From Octopus vulgaris (Eukaryota): a stretch of 64,000 bases of DNA. Numbering within the stretch: position 1 is the stretch's first letter; the number at the start of each line of letters is the position of its first letter. Below the pieces are notes generated by a model that ran no database searches, was not told the DNA's origin, and saw nothing but the letters and a program-made list of their open reading frames with translations. This document shows positions 56,333-64,000 of the stretch, piece after piece. Location of the stretch: assembly GCA_951406725.2 (NCBI GenBank), contig OX597819.1:121458001-121522000 (forward strand), read 5' to 3'. The translations under genes were made by a program, and so were the position numbers.

Positions 56333-57344
56333 TAGATATATGTATAGATATAGCTATACATGTGTGTTTGTGTAAATGTATATATATATATGTGTGTGTG
56401 TGTATATATATATATTTGTATGCATGTAAATAAATGTATACATATAGATATATACATACAAGACTGAGTTGAATTAGGTATTTAAATTGAGGTACCTTTA
56501 TTTGTGTGTATATATATTATATATATATAGATAGACGTATAGATATATACATAAATATATATTTGTGTATATGTATCTATATATATGTATGTATGTATAT
56601 ATATGTTTGTATTTATGTGTGTATGTGTATGTATATATACACAGGTAAACGCTTGTGCATGTGTGTGCGCGCGCACGTGTCTGTTGTGTATATACTACGT
56701 GCATACCTAGTTCAGCTTCTTTATCAATGTACACACGTTTAAGTGCGTATAACCGCGATCGCGATCATTCGTTTACGTGCATGTGCACCGGCTTGTTTAT
56801 GCACACACACACACACACACGCATGCACACGCACATGGCAGGAGCATCGCCTGCATCAGGGTTGAGGGACGGACAGCCAGTCCAGTGGTGCATTTAACAC
56901 GAGATTTTACGTCGGAGTGAATACGCGGCGCTGCCCCCTTCTAAGACATCAGTCGGCCTTCACCGACGACTTGCATATAGACGGGAGATTTTGGGGGGAG
57001 ATACGATTGTGGCGTGGCAAGTGTTGGAGGGATTGATGGACGAATGGAGGGTGTAATGGGATGTGTGTGAGAGTGCATGTATGTATGTATGTATGCAGGT
57101 TTGTATATATATATAAATGTATGGATGTATGTATGTCTGTATGTATGTATGTATGTATGTAGATATGCATGTGTGTGTATGTACGTGTGTATTTGTGTGT
57201 GTCCTAGTATGTATGTATGCATGTATGTATGTATGTATGTATGTATGTATGTATGTATGTATGCATGTATGTATGTATGTATGTATGTATGTATGTATGT
57301 ATGTATGTATGTATATGTACATGCATGTATGTATGCATGTGTAT

Positions 57345-57785
57345 AGGAGTGGCTGTGTGATAAGTAGGCGTAGGAGTGGCTGTGTGGTAAGTAGCTTGTT
57401 TACGAACCACATGGTTCTGGGTTCAGTCCCACTGTGTGGCACTTTGGGCAAGTGTCTTCTACTATAGTCTCGGGCCGACCAAAGCCTTTGTGTGGATTTG
57501 GTAGACGGAAACTGAGAGAAAGCCCGTCATATATATGTATATGTATAGATATATATATATATGTGTGTGTACACACATATGTAAATTTGTATGTATGTGT
57601 GTCTGTGTTTGTCCCCTCAACGTCGCTTGACAACCGATGCTGGTATGTTTACGTAACTTAGCGGTTGGCGCAAAAAGCGATAGAATAAGTACTAGGCTTA
57701 CAAAGAATAAATCCTGGGGTCGATTTGCTCGACTAAAGGCGGTGTTCCAGCATGGCCACAGTCAAATGACAGAAACAAATAAAAG
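57345..57785 (+). mobile_element. SINE family A with duplicated 5' end
   Basis: TAGGAGTGGCTGTGTG twice (about 57344 and 57371), then full body and tail. Confidence 0.9.
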
Positions 57786-58047
57786 CATTAAATATAAGAA
57801 GGTATGCGTGCGTATGTAAGTATGAATGTGTGTGTGTAGGTATGCATGTGTGTATATGTGTATGTGTGTATGTGTGCGTATACGTATGTATGTATATATG
57901 TGTGTGTATGTATGTAGGTATGCATGTATGTGTGCGTATATTATGCATATATGTATGTATGTGCCTGCGCGTATATATGCATGGAGGAACGGATCGATGA
58001 ATTACTGAGATGTGTCTTTCTGTGTATGAATGAATACATACATATAT

Positions 58048-58084
<37 letters not shown>

Positions 58085-58383
58085 TTGTATGTATGTATGT
58101 ATGTATTAGTGCGTGTGTATATGTATGGATGAATGCATAAATCTATAAACGTATGTATGCATGCATTAATGTATATATGTATACGTATATATAAAATGTA
58201 CGTATATACGTATGTATATAATGAATGTACGAATGTATGTATATATCTGTGTATAAATATGCCTGTGTGTTAACATGTATACATATAATATGTGTACGTA
58301 CGTATATCCATGTTTGCATTTTACATTGCACCGATGTCGCATTACTTTCGTCTCCTCTCCTCACCTCTCTATGTATATATATA

Positions 58384-58432
<49 letters not shown>

Positions 58433-58579
58433 ACGTGTTTATGCGTGTTAAATGCATGTTAGGCTTCATACATCACTTGTAATTGAAACCTCGAACTGTT
58501 TGACATCTTGGGCAATTTCATCGCTTTGCCAGTGTACGATTTACATGTGTGTGTGTGTGTGTACGTTGTTCATGCATAC

Positions 58580-58644
<65 letters not shown>

Positions 58645-58724
58645 GTGTGTTGCATTATATTTTAAATATTTAGCTATATACATATGTATATATCATTGTG
58701 TGTGCGTGTATGTGTTATTCTTTT

Positions 58725-59116
58725 CTACTCTAAGCACAAGGCCCAAAATTTTGGGGAGGGGGGCTAGTCGATTAGATCGACCCCAGTACGCAACTGGTGC
58801 TTAATATATCGACCCAGAATGGATGAAATGGAAAGTCGATATCCGCGCAATTTGAAGTCGGAACGTAAAGACAAACGAAATACCTATTTCTTTACTACCC
58901 ACAAAGGGCTGAACACAGAGAGGACAAACAAACAAGGACAGATAAACGGATTAAGTCGATTATATCGACCCCAGTGCGTAACTGGTACTTAATTTATCGA
59001 CCCCGAAAGGATGAAGGGCAAATCGACCTCGGCGGAATTTGAACTCAGAACGTAGCGGCAGACGAAATACTGCTAAGCATTTCACCCGGCGTGCTAACGT
59101 TTCTGCCAGCTCGCCG
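58725..59116 (-). mobile_element. SINE family B dimer (long-tail copy joined into a second body)
   Basis: Two bodies joined at ACGAAATAC|CTATTTC (about 58883). Confidence 0.85.
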
Positions 59117-59147
59117 TGTTATATTATATTATACTATGTTATGTCAT

Positions 59148-59342
59148 GAAGGCGGCGAGCTGGTGGTGTCCCTAGCACGCCAGACAAAATGTTAAGCAGC
59201 ACTTCAGGCGTGTGGGTTCAAATGGTATAGAGGTCAGCTTCGCCTTTTATCCCTTCAGAGTCAATGAAATTAGTACACTGAGGTCGATGTAATCGAGTAA
59301 CCCCCGCACCCAACATTTCAGGCCTTGTACTTATAATAGAAA
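59148..59342 (+). mobile_element. SINE family B
   Basis: AAGGCGGCGAGCTGG...GGTTCAAAT...TTTCAGGCCTTGTAC. Confidence 0.8.
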
Positions 59343-59998
59343 GTATGTTAGGTAATATATAAAAAGTATATAGTAGAAAGTATATAAGGTAATATATACA
59401 CATGCAGAATTAATTGACAGTGACTTCGAAGTTTCGCTAGGTCTGTAGTTTTTATTCATACAGGAGAACTAGGAAGACGGATTCTATATCTTCAGAGTTT
59501 ATTGAATGGAATGGGTCAGGAGAAGGAATTGGTTTCGATGAGAAGAGGTGAGATGTATACAAATAGTGGCAATACACACACACACTAACATATATATAAA
59601 TATATTTATACATATGGACACTTACACGTTCACAAACATAGATAAATGCACACACAATTATTTACATTTAGGAAAACACATATATATAGATACTGACTCA
59701 CACACACACACATATATATGCGTGTGTGTCTGTGTGTATATGCATATATATATATATATGTTTATTTCATGTATTCATACATATAAAACCAGACATATAT
59801 ATATATAAATATGTAAATGTAAAAAAATACAAACTGGGACAAGAACGTGAAACATTTAGAAGACGATACAAAAAACACGGACGGGACATTCGAAGCCTTC
59901 AATCTTCAGTCAAGAACCGGATCATCTTCGCAATTTCGGCTGATTAATCTTGATATATATACACATATGTATACACATACGTATATATATATATATAA

Positions 59999-60057
<59 letters not shown>

Positions 60058-60058
<1 letters not shown>

Positions 60059-60235
60059 GAGTAGACGAAACAGGGACAACTGTAGAAGGGGAATATTCCT
60101 TGTGTTGTGTGTCTTGTACTCTGTTCTTTCGTTGTTTGAAAAAAGTTCGTTTCCATGTCTTTGTTTTTATGTTTTCGTTTCTCATTGTGTTCAACGTTTT
60201 TGAAGTCCTGTCCCCATATATGCATGTATATATGC
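60058..60235 (+). mobile_element. Short Penelope-end-like repeat related to 18452-18605
   Basis: Shared motifs with the 18452 copy; flanked by (TA)n. Confidence 0.5.
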
Positions 60236-60271
60236 ATATATTAATATATTATTTATATATATATATATATC

Positions 60272-60402
60272 CGACGGGCTTCTTTCAGTTTCCGCCTACC
60301 AAATAGACTCACAAGGCTTTATTCGGCCCGAAGCTATAGTAGAAAACACTTGCCCAAAGTACCACGCAGTGGGACTGAACCCGGAACCATGTGGTTGGGA
60401 AG
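60272..60402 (-). mobile_element. SINE family A, 5' half
   Basis: CGACGGGCTTCTTTCAGTTTCCG...GGGACTGAACCCGGAACCATGTGGTTGG. Confidence 0.85.
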
Positions 60403-60694
60403 ATATTAATATGTACCCATGTGGACAGACACCACGTGCATACACTCCCTCACGTGAAATACCCGTTTTAAATGCACCACAAATCTAATCCTTTCGATAC
60501 CAACTCACCTTACTCTCCCAAACTCTATTACCACTTCTCTTGTTATACATGAACTAGAATCCTTCATGAAATGAACGGATTGACGTTATTAAGCCAAAAC
60601 TATATTCAATTCTTTCGTTATTATTCCGTTCCTTTAAATCAATATTCAATTTGCATAAATTGATATTAGATGAATTATATATACACACATACAT

Positions 60695-61015
60695 ACGTAC
60701 GTCTGGCAATCCGACGAGGGTTCCAGTTGATCCGATCAACGGAATAGCTTGCTCGTGAGATTTACGTGGAAATGGCTGAACACTCCACAAACACGTGTAT
60801 CGTTAACGTATTTCTCGGGGAGATTCAGCGAGATACAGAGTGTGACAAGGCTTGCCCTTTTTGAAATACAGGTACTACTCATTATTGCCAGCTGAGTGGA
60901 CTGGATCAACGTGAAATAAAGTGTCTTGCTCAAGGACACAAAGCGCCGCCGGGAATTGACCTCACGACCTTACGATTGCGACCCGAATACCCCTAACCAC
61001 TAAGCCACGTGCCTT
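60695..61015 (-). mobile_element. SINE family D (tRNA head, V-domain-like GTGTCCTTGAGCAAGACACTT)
   Basis: Minus strand TGGCTTAGTGGTTAGG...GAGGTCAATTCCC...GTGTCCTTGAGCAAGACACTT...GTCCACTCAGCTG; related fragments at about 9310-9740 (+) and 41410-41670 (-). Confidence 0.8.
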
Positions 61016-61246
61016 GATATACATCCATACATACATGCATAGATATATGATAACGATATTTCGGACTATAAAAATCTGCAAAACCTTAAGATTTAAAGGC
61101 TGATAGTTCAGTCAAAGTACTTTCATTCACAACTTTGCTATCATAAAGGTAGCTGGTCAAAATTTGCTCAAAATTAAAAAGTAAAAGACAATACACACAT
61201 ACATACATACATACATACATACATACATACATAATACATACATACA

Positions 61247-61279
<33 letters not shown>

Positions 61280-61475
61280 TACATTCATACATACATACAT
61301 ACACACACACATACATACATACATACACACATACATACATACATACATACACACACACATACATACATACACACATACACACATACATACATACATACAT
61401 ACATACATACACACATACACACATACATACATACATACATACATACATACATACATACATACACACATACATACA

Positions 61476-61504
<29 letters not shown>

Positions 61505-61507
<3 letters not shown>

Positions 61508-61872
61508 GAAGCCATAGCCACTCATTATTAAAAGGGGTACTGGTGGAATGTCCCGGTGAAAACCTCAATATAATGCAAGCACAACAGACCCGATATTGTG
61601 ATTTGGGACGAGGAAGAGAAACCGCGCACAGTTGTGGAAGTTCTCTGCCCAGCGGATGTTAACGTAAATCTAAAGATCAGTGAGAAAGAGAACACCTATG
61701 CTGAATGAACTATTGAGAAATCTGCAGTTATTCTATCCAGTTTACAAGTTCGGGGTTTATACCTGTAATTATAGGGGGCTCTGGGATATGTAACATATAG
61801 CCTCAATACCAATGTTGAGAAATTAGGCTTCTCAAAACCAAAAAGGAGAAAGCTAATTCGAAGACTACAATA
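61505..61872 (+). pseudogene. Restriction-like endonuclease fragment of an R4/Dong/NeSL-type non-LTR retrotransposon
   Basis: From 61541: WWNVPVKTSI*CKHNRPDIVIWDEEEKPRTVVEVLCPADVNVNLKISEKENTYAE, then after frameshifts LLRNLQLFYP...IPVIIGALGYV. NRPD..E..P.D..K..EK..Y..L and IIGALG are RLE hallmarks; stops and frameshifts present. Confidence 0.8.
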
Positions 61873-61877
61873 AGATA

Positions 61878-62037
61878 AGATCGACCCCAGTACACAACTG
61901 GTACTTAATTTATCGACCTTGAAAGGATGAGAGGCAAAGTTGACCTCTGCGGAATTTGAACTCAGAACGTAAAGACAGACGAAATACCGCGAAGCATTTC
62001 GCCCGCGGTGCTAACGATTCTGCCAGCTTGCCGCCTT
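61878..62037 (-). mobile_element. SINE family B
   Basis: GATCGACCCCAGTAC...GGAATTTGAACTCAGAACG...TGCCAGCTTGCCGCCTT. Confidence 0.85.
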
Positions 62038-62380
62038 GGGGTCGGTTCATACGACAAAGAATTTTTCAAGGCTGGGCCCCAGAATGGCCGCAGTCTAAGA
62101 AGTGAAACAAATAAAAGATACAAGATAAACAGATTTACGTGGTTTTCACAAGTGTTTCTGTTTCACTCATGTGTGTGTGTGTTAATTCGTTTCATATGTA
62201 TGTGTGGTTGCGTTCCCATGTCTGGCCCCGGGAGGGCGATCCCTGGAGCATGTTACATGTTTTTCATACGTTCAGGATAGGAAACCCCCACATCGAAAAT
62301 CTCAGAAACGTATTGCGAATTTTAACTGTAGCACTGGTTAAATGTATATGGCCGTACCTATATGCATATGTGTATGTGTA

Positions 62381-62412
<32 letters not shown>

Positions 62413-62631
62413 GTGTAAATAACTCGTCACAGAAAATTTAATTAAAAATTCCTAATTATTGTTGCTTATTTGTTGTTGGTATACTTGTCTTGTTTCTGAA
62501 ATTTTCTCAGTTTTTTTTTCTTTTTATTTACCATCTTAATCATGCTAACTGGAATTTATTTAAATTACATAATACATAATTAAATAAATAATTGAATACA
62601 CAATCTTTATTTACTTATTATTATTATTATT

Positions 62632-62855
62632 GAAGGCAGCGACCAGGCGGAATCATTAGCACGCCGAACCAAATGCCTAGCGGCGTTTCGTCCGTCCTTA
62701 CGTTCTGAGTTCAAATTCCTCCGAGGTCGACTTTGCCTTTCATCCTTTCGGGGTCGATAAAATAAGTACCAGTTGAACACTGTGGTCAATGTAATCGACT
62801 AGCCCCCCGTCCCCCTAAATTTTCATGGCCTTGTGCCTGCAGTAGAAAGGACTAT
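62632..62855 (+). mobile_element. SINE family B
   Basis: Full head, Meta-like core and short tail ending in (TTC)n/(TTA)n. Confidence 0.9.
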
Positions 62856-62856
62856 T

Positions 62857-62931
<75 letters not shown>

Positions 62932-63047
62932 TTCCTTCTTTTTTCAAACTTTCTTCCGTTTTTCGCCGAGTGTTTTCCGTACACCTCGAGCAGAGAAGCT
63001 CATTGTATGCATTCCCAGATTACACACGCAAACTCACAGAAAAGCAA

Positions 63048-63109
<62 letters not shown>

Positions 63110-63285
63110 CATTATTATTATTATCATTATTATTATTATTATCATTATTATTATTATTTGAGGGAAAAAAAATTAACTAAATTCATTTTAACTTAATTTC
63201 GAACTCGGATGTTTTCTCTTCAAATAATGCTCTTCCTGATGTGCTTGCTTCGCCAAAGAAGCCAAAACTTCTTCTTCTTCTTCTA

Positions 63286-63355
<70 letters not shown>

Positions 63356-64000
63356 GTATACTTTATTGGTAAAAATCTGAATTTAGGCGTTCGCCTTAAA
63401 ACATACAATAATACCCTTCTATCATTTTCTTTGCTGGTGTTGTTGCTGTTGTTCTTGTAACTGCTGTTGTTGTTGTTGTTGTTATTGTTGGAGTTGTTGT
63501 TGTTGTTGTCGTCGTTGTTGTTGTTGTTGGTTGTCATTTTATCTTAACAACCCACTCTTTCATTTTACACGCTTTTTATATAGACATAGTTGGAAAAAAA
63601 AAAGCGTGTGTGTGTGTTTTTTTTTTTATATTTTTCTCCCTTTCTTTCCGTTTTGATTTTTTTTTACATCCTTTTCTTTCTTTCTTATACTTCATTCCTT
63701 CTTCCTTCTTTCTTTCTTCTTCTTCTTCTTCTTCTTCTTCTTCTTCTTCTTCTTCTCCTTCTTCTTGTTCTTGTTCTTGTTCTTCCTCGTCTACTTCTTC
63801 TTCTTCGTCTATTTCTTCTTCTTCTTCTTCTTTGTCTACTTCTTCCTCTTCTTCTTTTCTCTCGTTGAATCATATAAATGTTTCTGAGATAGGCCTCTTG
63901 TGCAAAAGACCTGCCCAATATCGACAAAAATTCTCTTGCCTGAAGACACACTGTTTTTGTTGGCTTCATAGTTAAAACATTCTACCATCTGTGATATCGC

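Noticed and set aside
59880-59952. Minus-strand CCGAAATTGCG...CTGAAGA as a type II hammerhead
   Set aside because: Stems I and III could not be paired; probably a truncated Penelope-end-like repeat whose upstream core is missing.

Overview
AT-rich, microsatellite-saturated animal genomic DNA. The tRNA-derived SINE families and simple-repeat density look like an octopus genome; this is inferred from repeat recognition, not proven. Nearly all supplied ORFs are microsatellite artefacts. The one convincing host coding element is missing from the ORF track: a 40-nt first coding exon at 7837-7876 (+) encoding MSRRKQSHPKPIK followed by a GTGAGT donor. This is the N-terminal NuRD-recruiting motif of a FOG/ZFPM (U-shaped)-type zinc-finger co-repressor, so most downstream sequence is probably intronic. 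A possible antisense non-coding exon lies upstream (6202-6473, -). The most unusual signal is a set of short dispersed repeats, mostly embedded in (TA)n tracts, carrying type I hammerhead-ribozyme motifs of the Penelope/retrozyme kind (1401, 5257, 14690, 49207, 50855, 51106, 51660-51815, 53296). One is fused to a tRNA-like Pol III head, flanked by a 12-bp target-site duplication; two lie in sense orientation in the presumed intron. Also present: at least four SINE families (one apparently inserting into itself), MITEs (one with internal TTAGGG repeats), R4-like, L1/Tx1, CR1 and RTE LINE remnants, and perfect palindromes. All structures were folded by eye; repeat boundaries are approximate.
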